DNA of 64,000 nt, taken from NCBI RefSeq assembly GCF_052425735.1, contig NC_135768.1:18910001-18974000 (forward strand), given 5' to 3'. Origin of the DNA: Oculina patagonica (Eukaryota). Made by a program: the position numbers and the translations under genes. Under the pieces are notes generated by a model that was given only the letters and a program-made list of their open reading frames with translations, ran no database searches and was not told where the DNA came from. Of this stretch, positions 23,945 through 35,516 are shown one piece after another. Each line of letters starts with the position of its first letter. The first letter of the stretch is position 1.

Positions 23945-26900
23945 ATGGCTATATCGACAACAGAGCCTCCACCGACCGAGTCAGCAACCGTACAGGGTCA
24001 CTTACGGCGCTTTACACTGGTCATGTATATTCTGATCTTCATAGTAAGCGTCTTGGCCAACACATTCATGCTTCTGGTGCTTTGGAGGAAATTTCGCCGC
24101 CACAGAAAAACAGCAAAGAGTTTTATCGTGTTGATGCAGAACCTCGCCTTATCTGGCCTCGTTCTGGTGATATCGTCGATTCCGTTCGACGCGGCCTGGT
24201 ACCAGTCGGACACGTGGCCGTTCGGTGCTGGGGGGTGCAAGATTCTGTGGCCGTTACAGACCGCAGCGTTACAGGCTATGGTGTACACTTACGTGGCACT
24301 GGCGTATCACCGACTGCATGGCGTGACTAAGTAAGTGCGTGACTCCATAAAGGGAAGTAATAATGAATCTTAGCAGGAACCCTGATTTCAGGCTGAGTGA
24401 TAGGGAGGGGGTTGGAAGTTTTTAGTTGTATCTTAGACAACCCAAAAGTATTGAGCTTATTGTATAAGGCGCGACGGCCCAATGGTTAGTGCGCTGGACT
24501 CCGGATCTAGCGGTCCAGGTTTGAGCCCTGATCGAAGTAATTGTGTTGTGTTCTTGGGCAATACACTTTACTCTCACGGTGCCTCTCTCTACCAAATTGT
24601 ATTATCTCTTAATGGACACCTCCATAAGACGGACACCTGGTGTTGGTCCCGTCCCTGCCGTTTTTCAGTCATTTTACTGAAACTAAACTCCCTGTAAGAC
24701 AGACACCTCTCTAAGACGGACAGGTGGAGCCGGTACCGAAGATGTCCGTTTTAAAGAAAGTTGACTGTAACCCTGCAATGGACTAGCATCCCATCCATGG
24801 GAGAGTAGAAATTCTCCTAGTCGCCCCCTATGGAAACTGGGATAAATGATAAGCTCCGGCCTGATGGGCCACTCGGCATGAACGCAGACTTAACCTTATC
24901 TTATTTCTCCATTGCAGAGATCTCTTTGGTCAAATGAAGTTCATTACTGCCGTGGTGCTCACATTCGTGATATGGATAACGAGCATCGTCACAGTCACTC
25001 CATACGTGTTAAACTTGGATTACAACTACACCAACGAATCCTGTGATGAAAAGTGGGAGTCGCAGGGAAGCCGTCAGGGCTACACTGTCGCTCTCTTCTT
25101 ACTTGATTATGTTTTGCCGCTGATCGCTATGCTGATCATGTACGCGATGATCTGGGGACGACTGCAAAGGTAATGGTCTTTTGAATCGACATCCTCGTAC
25201 CCAGGGTCTTCGTTCCCCTTGACCAGCGGTCGAGAAACGAGCGACCTGAAAAGTTCCGATTTGAAGTCCGAAAATATCGGACTTCCGGCTGAATTGCGCA
25301 TAGCTAGCTTTCAAAAGCCTGACCAACGAACATTTTGGTGTTTTACTTCCGGTGATTTTTTATTGCTTTCCATGCCAATCAGATTCGATCCTGCAACGGA
25401 ACTTTCGAGAGTCGCTCGTTTTGTCAAATTTGCGCAGTAAGGAAAGAAGACTAAGGGGACGAGAATGTTTTATTGATAATAAAACGCGCGTGCGGATTGG
25501 CTTTGGTGAGATCCTATGAAACATGAAAATAGTTGTCTGACATAGAGGATGAGATACTACTAATAACGAGGTTTTTGACGATTTTCCGAAGATTTCTGAA
25601 GATTGCCGAGGAAGATCAGAAGATGTTTTGGCTAATTCAACATAGGAACAGGGCAAACTTGTCAGAAAACGTATAGAAATCGATATAATAATAAAGTATT
25701 TTTCGTTTGTCTCACGACGTAGTCACGTGTGATGGAGATCGCGACGTTTCGACTGCACACTGCTAGTCTTCATCAGGCGATAAGGTCGACTGGTTGTGCG
25801 TGAACTTATAAAGCACGCTGCTGCGCTGTGATTGGTTGGTTTTCAACAGCTGTGATTGGTGCATTTCGATCCTCGCTGTTTCTGTGTCCTGTTGTTCCCT
25901 CAGCGGTCCGCTGTCGCACAGTTCTCCTGTTGTTGTGTTTTTTGATCGTGGGCATCCATGCTTCAGGAATTTCAATTCCATTATCCCTGTTGATATTATT
26001 AGGGTGAAGTCTTATGTGAATTGCCTCTTTGACCCTGCGTTTGTACCAGTGTGGGTCGCGATCAATAAACTTTACCTCATTCCAAAGCGGGTAGTGTCCG
26101 GTGTTGTTGGTGTCTTCTGCAACGGCGGAGGTCTGGGTACGGGCGAGTCGGATGTCCCGGTCGTGCTCTTTGATCCTGTCTTGCATAGGTCTTCCCGTCT
26201 CACCGATGTAAACTTTGCCACATTCACAGGGAATCCTGTAAACAACGCCATCTTGCTTACTGGAATCAACAGCGTCTTTCGGCCGTACTAGGTGTGATCG
26301 TAGTGTGGTTTCCGACTTGAAAACAGCCCGCACGCCTTGTTGTTGTAGGCAGCGGCGAAGTTGTTCGGAAAGAGCTTTGACGTAGGGCAAAACCGCAGTG
26401 GATTTAAACTCGGTCGCGGGTTCAGCATTGATGCTCGGTTTTCTGGTCTTGGTGATCTTCTAAAAGAAAGAAAAAGAAAGAAGAAAGAAAGAAAACCAAC
26501 CAATCACAGCGCAGCAGCGTGCTTTATAAGTTCACGCACAACCAGTCGACCTTATCGCCTGATGAAGACTAGCAGTGTGCAGTTGAAACGTCGCGATCTC
26601 CATCACACATGACTACGTCGTGAGACAAACGAAAAATACTTTATTATTATTGTACTCTACCACGATGAATAACCACAACATTTTTTACGATATTAATAAG
26701 AAATCGATATCTTTAGATGTGAAGATAACATGTTATTCTCACGTGTGAAGATGTTTTTTCGCGCGAAAGATTTCCTGGTATTTCATTGGTGTTTATATAA
26801 TAATCCTGATTATTCACTCTAGATTATATAATAAATGCTTTTTTGCAATTATATTTCAGTTATAAAATCCTTGACCCTGAACGCGCCTGTAGAAGGGACC

Positions 26901-27511
26901 GCCATCACCGAATCGTCCGCATGATGATATCTTACGTGGTCGCATTCGCCATCTTCTTACTTCCTCACCAAATCATGTGGTTTATTAAGGATTTCAACGA
27001 AGGCGACAAAAAGCTTTACTTCCAAGACACCTTGAACGTTCTGTACATCTTCACCTACGCCATCACCATCGTAAATCCCATTCTGTTCTTCGCGTTCAAT
27101 CCAGAATTCAGGCGCCATTTTTGGCATTTCTTAAAATGCCAGTGCTTCACAAAGAGGGAGATTTTCAGCTTGGAGAATCTGTCCGAGTCCTTCTCGGAAG
27201 AGGTTGACCGAGGACGGAAGAAGTTCCAGCCGCCGCTGCCGCCAAAGTACGAGATGGAGGAAGTGAAGGATAAGGGAGAGAATAATTACGTCTCCACGCC
27301 CACTTTGCTGCGCTCGGAAACTGACAGTCTTCCGCGTCACGACTCAGGGCTTGGATTGGTTGAAGCAGGGATGTTCCCCTCGGCAGTGGGTCGGATGCGT
27401 ACGGCGGGGAAGTACCGGGAGTCAACGCCCTCCGCGTCCCCTCCGGGTTCCGATGTGGTTAGTTACAGCGATAAGCGAGATTCTATCGACCAAGGTAGCG
27501 AAATGCTATAA
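23945..27511 (+). CDS. Rhodopsin-class peptide-receptor-like GPCR, 3 coding exons, 429 aa
   Basis: Exons 23945-24330, 24918-25169 and 26860-27511 are phase-consistent (2,2). WPFG..GCK in ECL1, ECL2 Cys (ESCDEKW), YVLPL in TM5, FLLP in TM6, NPILF in TM7. An acceptor at 23926-23928 suggests a 5'UTR intron. Confidence 0.9.
24467..24898 (+). mobile_element. tRNA-derived SINE interrupted by a MITE-like insert (about 24597-24769)
   Basis: Head with degenerate A/B boxes, body tgtgttgtgttcttggg..a.acactttactctca and tail ggcctgatgggccact; same family as 55630-56195. The insert carries repeated ggacacct motifs and ends in ttgactgta. Confidence 0.75.
25190..25467. mobile_element. MITE of the CAT(T/C)CTCGT...ACGAGAATG family
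   Basis: Ends catcctcgtacccagggtcttc / gaagactaaggggacgagaatg; homologous to 3062-3161. Confidence 0.65.
25738..25781 (-). ncRNA. Minimal type I hammerhead ribozyme (Penelope terminal repeat)
   Basis: atcgc-CTGATGA-a-gact(agcagtgtgc)agtc-GAAAC-GTC-gcgat: intact core, stem I atcgc/gcgat, stem II gact/agtc, palindromic ACGT stem III. Confidence 0.85.
26554..26597 (+). ncRNA. Minimal type I hammerhead ribozyme (inverted copy)
   Basis: Same motif; CTGATGA at 26559-26565, GAAAC at 26585-26589, GTC triplet at 26590-26592; one C>T change gives a G-U pair in stem II. Confidence 0.82.
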
Positions 27512-28319
27512 AGTTAGACTGACATTGTTAGGCGTAGAAACGGCTGTAGCATGTAGAGTATAGTAGAGACTATATAAAAGGGAAAAGACTCGATTTTGGA
27601 CAACTGCGGAAGCTACTTGCGTTGTTTAAAGAACTAAAGAACATTTGAACATTTATAAACTTCTCGCCGTCTAAGTAGCGGCGCTTGTTTATCGTGACTA
27701 TACCCTTTTTGTCCAAAGATCAAAATATTAACTCTCCTTACTGGATTCTATACATTTCTTTGAATGTTAGTTCTGAGAATTTAGTGTTACAAATAACATC
27801 AAGACTATAACCCTTAGTTGATGATTTTCTCTATTCTCAACACCTGGCTGATTGACAACGTATTGATATTGTAAGGAGAATTTTGATATTGATCACTCTT
27901 GGGACAGAAAGTGGTTTTGTGCTAATTATGCGCGTTTTATTTAGTTGAGCATTCTGAATTTTTAGGAAGCAGCGTTTCGTCCCCGTCGTTACGAGCCCGC
28001 AGTGGTGCGGTTGCTAGGCAACAACAGTAGTGCGGTTGCTGGTGAGGTGACTGTTTCTATCGACTGCGTAAGAGAGACTTGCTATGCTAAATATCGATTT
28101 AAAAGATCCGGGGAGGGGGAGGGAGGAGATATGTAAGGTGACAACTCAAACAAACGCTGTTTGAAAAAAGGAAAGAGGTGAAAGTTGAAAATGACTTAAA
28201 ATGTTACTAGTCGTCTTTTTGTCCCTTAGCGTTTCGTTTGATGGACAAGAAAATGATTGACATTCAGGTTATTTCGAAAGTTCGAGTTCTACGAGTCTCT
28301 TGTATGTGAGATGACGATG

Positions 28320-28324
<5 letters not shown>

Positions 28325-28378
<54 letters not shown>

Positions 28379-28385
28379 CTTTTTT
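28325..28385. repeat. Long poly(T) tract
   Basis: More than 50 consecutive T. Confidence 0.9.
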
Positions 28386-30565
28386 GATGCGCCCTCGTGT
28401 AGCTTGTAAAAACTTTAATTAAGCTTCTTGTTGTCTTGTACAATTCAACAATTTTAAAATTGATTTTATATTCATTATTTAGCTAGAAACGTCCTTCGTT
28501 GTTAAGTTGAAAATCACAGAGCCACTTTCCCGCCTACATTTTTATTCGCGCGGTTTCGGGTCGGCATCGATGCTCTGCAAGGAAAAAATTAGCAGTCGTG
28601 TGCTAAATTCCATGGACGCGAAAAAAATTCAAAATTGTGTCACTTTTCCGTTCAGAGGTTTTCCGGGACATTAATTCACCGGCGTGTACAGTGATTCGAA
28701 AAGTGCAGTTGGATAATAATCAAGTGTTTAGCTCTTCATAGATTGTAGTCGTGGTTGCTGAAGCAGAGCAAAACAACAAAGTGCTCTTTAGACAAAGAGG
28801 TAAGCAATTTCTTCTTGTTGTTATTGAGAAACGCCAAAGAACGTTTATTTATCCGTATATTCATGTAGGCAAAAAATAGAAAGCCTAAAAAAAATTGAAA
28901 GCATGATTTTCATGCGGCGATGAGGTTGTATGGTAGCTTTTTTTGTGTTAAGGCGAAGGGAAACGAAGAGAAATTTATGTGAATAAAAGCTTTGGGTGAG
29001 ATTGTTTACTGCTTTCAAAAACCAGTGTGTATAAAAGCCTTTTCTAGACAAGTAATTTGTGGTTACAAGGGGGGGGGGGGGGGGGCGCAACTGTGAAAGC
29101 CCCTCATGCGCGATTAAAGTCGCATTTGAAACGCCAGCTTGTTGAGATAGAGAAAGTGTGATGAGAACGGGGGAGCGGGCGGGCGTCCCGCGGCAAAGAG
29201 GATAAAACGTCCGTATGCCCACGGGCTCCCGCTGGGATTTCCAGTCCTGTTTTGACCAGACATAACCAGGTGGTCATGGGCTCCTAGCCTGACGTAAGAG
29301 GTATGACCAAAATTGAAAGTTTTCGTCTTGCTGTTTCTAAGTTCCTCGCGTTTTGAAAACAAAACTGCGTTTTCCATCAATTTGTTACAGTGTGGTTTTA
29401 AACCAATCGAATCGAACGTAGCATGTTGGTTATTTTATAATTACATCTTATCAAATGATTTTCCGTTTAATATAATAATTTTTTTAAGAATCAGTAAATT
29501 TTGCAAAATAGTACACTGACCGAGAAGTAACTGATGAGTAGATTTGTAGAAAATCATTTAATAAGGTATTTATATAGTTTTTCTAGACTATTTACTTGCC
29601 AAAACCATTTATTATATATTAAAAGCTGTAAAACGCGACAGTCATTGGCGAAAGCACAGCCAACCGTATTTGTTAGCCGAAACATATTTTATATTCGCTT
29701 GTAAAATGAATTAGGCAAATACAAAACGTTAGCTTAGAAATATATAAACGACATTTTCATAGTACGATCCTAGCACAAGTTTCTTTTTTTAATGAAATTT
29801 CTATTATGAGTGTTAAAATTTTTGGGTACAAAACCAGTGAAAATGGAGCTGACTATTTGATGTTAGCAAGAAAACTCCTGTGTAGTTTTCATAGTTATTT
29901 CTCGTTGATTATCTATTACAAGAAAATATTATTATTATCTACCTGTTAACCGGGCCGGTTACTGATATTATAATATTAATTCCTGTTAATGCATTATGAT
30001 ATTCAAAGTAATGGGTTCTTGTACACCTTTTTTCCTAAATCGTACGATATTTAACGGTATGATTTTGTATAAGCCTTTTGTACAATGGAATGGTTTGTTA
30101 AATAATTTGATTTTATTAAGAAGTAAACATTTTGGGTATCTTATGACCGACAAGTCCTTTATCTTAACATTATTTACTGGGTCACTGGTTTGGTGTAACG
30201 ACTATAAGAGTTTAAATAACAGAAAAATAATAAACGTTTTTGTGTGTTTTCTCGTTTTTCCAGTTTGCTTTTAACTAATTAAAGGCTGGTCATTCAGGGA
30301 TAGTCAAGTAATTAATCTAGGGAGGAGTAGTACAGTATGTGATTCTTTTTTCCATCACGCAACGCTTTTGTCAAAGTGTTGCGTGACAGTTTTCGACTCG
30401 TACAACACAACACCCGTCACGCTACACGTAAATTCCTTCTTTAATCCTGATGCTGCAAAGTGGACTCCATCGAACCTGTGATTTTTGCTGTCACGCAACG
30501 CCTTTGCCGAAGGCAAGTGTTGCGTGACAGATTTCGACGTGTCACGCTACACATAAATTCCTTCT

Positions 30566-31735
30566 TCACTCTTGGGTTGGCGTCGAAGTGCGAGAAATAT
30601 GCGAGAAGGAGACAGCCCCAGAACAAGGCGATGGACTCCTTAAATTTCCAAGTAGTAAATCGCCATTCTGCAGTGCCGAATCTTGTTTACGTGAAGCGAC
30701 TGTTGTCATCTCTTCTTTGCTATCTGGAGCGATCCTTCGTCTCCAGATCACTGCCGCGCGAGCAGTGTTTGTAAGTGTCCTAATACCTTTGCTACCAGCT
30801 TGCGGCACATCGATCTGTGTCTTGCGACAAAGGAGGATCCTCTTATACTCCGCTCTGAAGGAACGATTCATGACGCCATATATGAAGGGGTTCAGCACAG
30901 CGCTAAGGTAGTTGAGATACGTGCATAGCAAAGTCCTTGGACGCGGGGGTGTTGTTGCAGTCGCTACACGGTCCATTGTGATAATAATTAAACTTGGGAA
31001 CCAACAGATCGCGAACCCGAGAACTGTCATGAAAAGAAGCTTCGAGATCTTGATTTCCTCCACGGAGATATTCAAATCTCGATTTTGTCCCAGAAGCGAT
31101 GACATCATCGAAAATTGGTGCCTCCTTATGCGAACGAACACAAGCGTGTAGCTAACAACGATTATTACAAACGCGAGAATAACAAATACAAATTCCACTA
31201 GAGTTTCTACGAGAATGTGCGCTACTGCGCAGACTGCGTAACTTGGTTCATAACGAACATGGGTTGCCTTGCTTGCAACTAAACCCGTGTAGAATGCAAT
31301 TATTGAAAGCCACACCGTTCCAATAAGAAGCAGAGAGTTTCTCTTAGTGAAGAAACGTTTGTAGATTGCAGGTTTCACCACACGGAAAAACCGGTTTAGA
31401 GCTGTCAGAGCTAAAGTAGCTATGGACATCAAAGCTAAAGTGAAAATTGCAAAGCCTTGTATGCTGCAGAGAGCGCTTGTGTTTATCCAGTCTTCTGATA
31501 CAAGGATCCCGCAAGTTATAGGAATGCAGATTAGCGCCATAAGAATATCGGCGATGGCTAAAGCGAGAATAAACATACTGGTTGAAGTACGCAGTTTGGG
31601 ACTGCGAATCACCGCCAAGGAAACCAACAAATTTCCAAATAACGCCAGCACGTCAATCAAGATACATAACGCAACTTCAATGATAATAACACCAATGCTA
31701 CGATGCGAATTTTGCGAGGTGAAATCACTAGCCAT
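30566..31735 (-). CDS. Intronless rhodopsin-class GPCR (melatonin-receptor-like cnidarian type), 389 aa
   Basis: GN, LAIAD, Cys at the start of TM3, NRF at the DRY position, CWFP, NPFIY; no TM7 lysine, so not an opsin. Confidence 0.9.
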   Translation of the reverse strand: MASDFTSQNSHRSIGVIIIEVALCILIDVLALFGNLLVSLAVIRSPKLRTSTSMFILALAIADILMALICIPITCGILVSEDWINTSALCSIQGFAIFTLALMSIATLALTALNRFFRVVKPAIYKRFFTKRNSLLLIGTVWLSIIAFYTGLVASKATHVRYEPSYAVCAVAHILVETLVEFVFVILAFVIIVVSYTLVFVRIRRHQFSMMSSLLGQNRDLNISVEEIKISKLLFMTVLGFAICWFPSLIIITMDRVATATTPPRPRTLLCTYLNYLSAVLNPFIYGVMNRSFRAEYKRILLCRKTQIDVPQAGSKGIRTLTNTARAAVIWRRRIAPDSKEEMTTVASRKQDSALQNGDLLLGNLRSPSPCSGAVSFSHISRTSTPTQE

Positions 31736-32746
31736 TGCTGTTGAATTCTATAAATCGCCTGCCTTGTTAACTAACTCGTGTGCGCCTTAGCACTAACGAG
31801 GTCTTAACTTGTCGTGTTTTAGAAATAATAGCGGGGTTAAAAGTTTTGACTTATTCTTGCGCCAAGGTAAACCTTGTCGCCCAATCGCGGCGCGATTTCT
31901 TGAATTCAATTTGCTTTATATTCTCAACACTAATCTGTTTGTTTTGTAAATGAAAGTCCGATATGAGAGTCGATACGGATTGGTATCGCCAAGTTACGTT
32001 TAATTATTTGTTTCCTTGGTAAATGGCGGTTTTCCGCAAGGGTTAACACTCAAAGAAAGCGTTAAATCTTTTTTTCTTGTAGTTGCGTGTTTTCTGTCAG
32101 CATTAAATCAAAACTTTGTACACAAAACTTTCGGGGTATAATCCCACTATTAAAAATCAGGAATTTTGATGAATTCTGCGGCTGTTTGCAACCTAAAATA
32201 AATTCCTTTTCCCTTTTAAATTACATGGATTGATTACGTTGTTTACATGGCATTCTTGCGAGCATAAAGAAACATGAAACTCTTTTTGGACTTGTCAAAA
32301 ATTTCTTTTCATTCCGGCTGTTTTTCTTTGACCTTTACCGATCTGTTTGCTTCGAACGTGACTTGACTACGGAGCTTAGTGAGTTAAGAATGCTTCAGCA
32401 AACAAACGTAACTTTGCAAAAGAATAAGGAATCATAAAAAAGTAAATAACTTAAGAACTTTGACTCTGGTAACCAATGAAAGGTTTTCATTTTGCGGTTT
32501 GCAAATTCATTTATTTAAAGGGGTAAAAGAGTTAATAAGACCTACTTGATTCTCACTATTCCCAGTCTATTACTTCACTCCGTCTCCTGAAGCGGGGTAA
32601 ATAAAAAAGCCTGGGAACTAGACGGATGGACGACGGATGGAGCTGGCGGGAGATTTTACGAAGCGTCCTCAGGCGACGAAGTCGATCTGTTCATTAAAAT
32701 CATTTAGGACTCCTGTTTAGATTTTCGAACTATTTACGAAAATAAC

Positions 32747-33186
32747 ACGAGGACTGTCCGATGAAATCGCTTCGCTCCGGATTTCGTATCTTTCCTGGAA
32801 CTAAAAAACAAATTTACGAAAGCGAGACGACGCGAAACGTGGACTGATCGGATAAAATCACTTCTTCGGATACTCGTGCCTTTCCGAACTATGTACATGT
32901 ACGACTGAACACGAGGACTAATCGGCTTATTCAGTCACTTAACTCGGTCACTTGTACCAAGTTTTACGAACTATGTACGATCAAAAATTAAACAAGACGA
33001 GGACTGATCGGATGAAATCATTTTGCTCGGGTACTCGTACCTTTTCAAACTATGTACGAAGACAAGACGATACGTGCGAAAAGAAGACGAGGACTCGCTT
33101 CGCTAGGGTACTCGTACCTTGTCGAACTCTGTACGAAAACAACACGAGAACTGGTCGGATGACATCGCTTCACTTGGGAACTCATA
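32747..33186 (+). repeat. Degenerate tandem repeat, about 6 units of 55-90 bp
   Basis: Core acgaggactgatcggatgaaatc.cttcgctcgggtactcgtacctt..cgaactatgtacga at about 32747, 32838, 32912, 32997, 33087 and 33143. Confidence 0.75.
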
Positions 33187-35516
33187 TTTATAGTTGAAAA
33201 CATTGAAGAAAAAGAAAGGACAGCTTGCAGTCTGTCTTTAAACCAATGAACCCTTTACAAAACGTTTTTGTTTTAAATGCAAGCTTGTTTGTTTACAATA
33301 GCGTTAAAAACACTTGCCGGTACCCTCAACAATGTCTCGCTTGTCTTGCGGTAAACGATAGAGTCACCCGCAATGGTTTTTCAAGTGAATTTGCAGTGTT
33401 TATGTGACTTGTTTTTCTGATATAAATTTATGACTGAAACCAGCTATTGGAATACCAGCGACAGACGCGTTTGTTTTGAGCTAATAATCTGGTATCGAAA
33501 ATTCCGGCATTACATAAGGGTTTAAAACGCCGGGTAATAACCAAACCACAAAGCGAGACTAAATCTACGCTTGGGTTATCGGGAACCCCGCGGGCAGTGA
33601 TAAAATATTGAAGGCTGCCTTGCTTGAGTCAGGGATGATGACCTTTACGGAACAGTTGGTTATAGCCATTGAGCCGTCCAAGTTTTACTGAAAAGATGAC
33701 GCCCCATTCTTGTGACAAGAAGTGTTCTTGGAGTTTGAAATAAGAATTATGTTGGCTTCATCCGCCGTTTTCATGCACAACACGGTTTAATCAAAGTGGA
33801 CCATAACGGTAGCGACCTTTAACCAGCGAGTACAGGTTGAATAGCCATGAAAGACAAAGGATTTAGAACAGGTATGTGAAATGGGGTGAATAGTTTTTAT
33901 TAACTAGTAAACAGGGCGCATTGAAGAGCGTTGAAGAATTTTTCGCCAAGTAGAACGCTTGTCCAGGCGTAGGAAATGCGAGGATTCTTATTGTATTAGC
34001 TTAGCAAACTATCTGAAATCATGCACAGATCAATTCTTGTTCATAGCAAATTTCAAAGACATTAGTAACCCGACTAAAGGATTCACTACAGTCAATTGAA
34101 GTTCGCGTCCCTTCAAGATACAAGGCTTCACAGCCTTGTATCTTCAATTACTTCGATTGATTTAATGCAGACCCGAAAAACCGTGGACTTTGAAGGTATG
34201 TTTAACTGATTTTGTAAAACATAGCTGCAGTCATTTCATTAAAATGATAAACTTTCTTAAAGCCGAACTTTAATTTTTAATCAGTTGAATCTTACTAGGC
34301 AAGGACTGCGTTTTTCTGTTTTTCCAAATTGCATTCATTTTGATTGAACTAAAAATAAGTTTGGATTTGTAAGCGATGCGCTTTCTGTAAACCTTCAAAT
34401 AAACAAAACCTTAATTCCAATTTGAAAGCTTGATATACAACAAGAGAAATCGAATGTGTCAATTTGTCGGTCAAAACAATGGCCACCTACGGATCAGTTT
34501 CATTCATAAGCAGGTTGTTTTACTTCTACTTCCATTTTATTGCTTTCTTGAAAATATAAAATTGACTAATTTAGCACCAGTTCCCAAATTTCGCGAAGGA
34601 AATTTTACAACAGTCATAATTAGGAATGCGTTCAAAAACTAGGAATTATTATATAATTTTTTTTTACAAATAACCAGTTTGTAAACAATAACAAAATCAT
34701 CACAAACGGTGCTCTAGAGTAGTTTACTAATTAGACGAAAAATACAAACAAACAAAACAGACCAATCATAAAACTCGAAGCAAAAGAAGCGTAACCAGCG
34801 GCAAGCGACCCGAAAAAGCGTGGGAATAGTCACGTGACCCGAGAGCACGTTGGTGTCGAGTTTTACACATGATTGGTTGAGTTGATTGGCTCTCATTGGT
34901 TGAGCGTACCTTGCACGCTTGTTGCCTGAGCGGACTTTTCCCGCCACCAAAATTTCAATGGTTGGCAAAGTGGTCAACAGAAATTCTCATTGTGGAGTGC
35001 GTCGATAAATAAATTATTGTTTTAAAGGTAATTTTATTTTTGTTTTATCACAAGCACCTCGAGATTCCATGTGTTCAGAACAAGTTTGTCAACTGGAGTT
35101 CCCCAGATTGTTTAATATTTAAATGCGAACGAAGCTTTCGGACTGTTTTGGTTTGAATTAGCTATAGCAGGCTTCAGTTAACTAGCAATTTAGTTTAATT
35201 TCTTCTCTGTGCAAACTGCCGATGACCAACACGGTAAAATTCCGGTTTAGCTCTGGGTTGAATTTGTAGGGGTTTTGGGTGGTTTTATAAAGGGGGGTTT
35301 TTTACCCGGTTGGGGGAAGGGGGGGGGGGGGGGGGGAAGAAGAAGAAAAAAAAAGGGGGCGGGGGAAAAAAAAAAAAAAGGGGGGGGGGGTGGGGGGGGG
35401 GGGGGGGGGGAATTTGTTTGCAACATTGTGCAGTGACATTTCAAAATTTCTCGGAAAAGAACATCCGTTTTGAGGTCTTGTTGATGATTTTCTTCTGTTT
35501 CCTTTTCTGTTTGTAG

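Larger units (their letters stand above)
25686..26649 (-). mobile_element. 5'-truncated Penelope-like retroelement (GIY-YIG endonuclease end) bounded by about 160-bp inverted repeats
   Basis: ORF 26390-25806 has GVVYRIPC-ECGKVYIGETGR...RIKEH...KEAIHI...NINRDNG (GIY-YIG); 25686-25844 is the reverse complement of 26491-26649. Confidence 0.93.

Noticed and set aside
30566-31735. Opsin
   Set aside because: No retinal-binding lysine in TM7 (TYLNYLSAVLNPFIY).
32747-33186. CRISPR array
   Set aside because: Repeats are too degenerate, spacers are irregular and low-complexity, there are no cas genes, and the context is eukaryotic.
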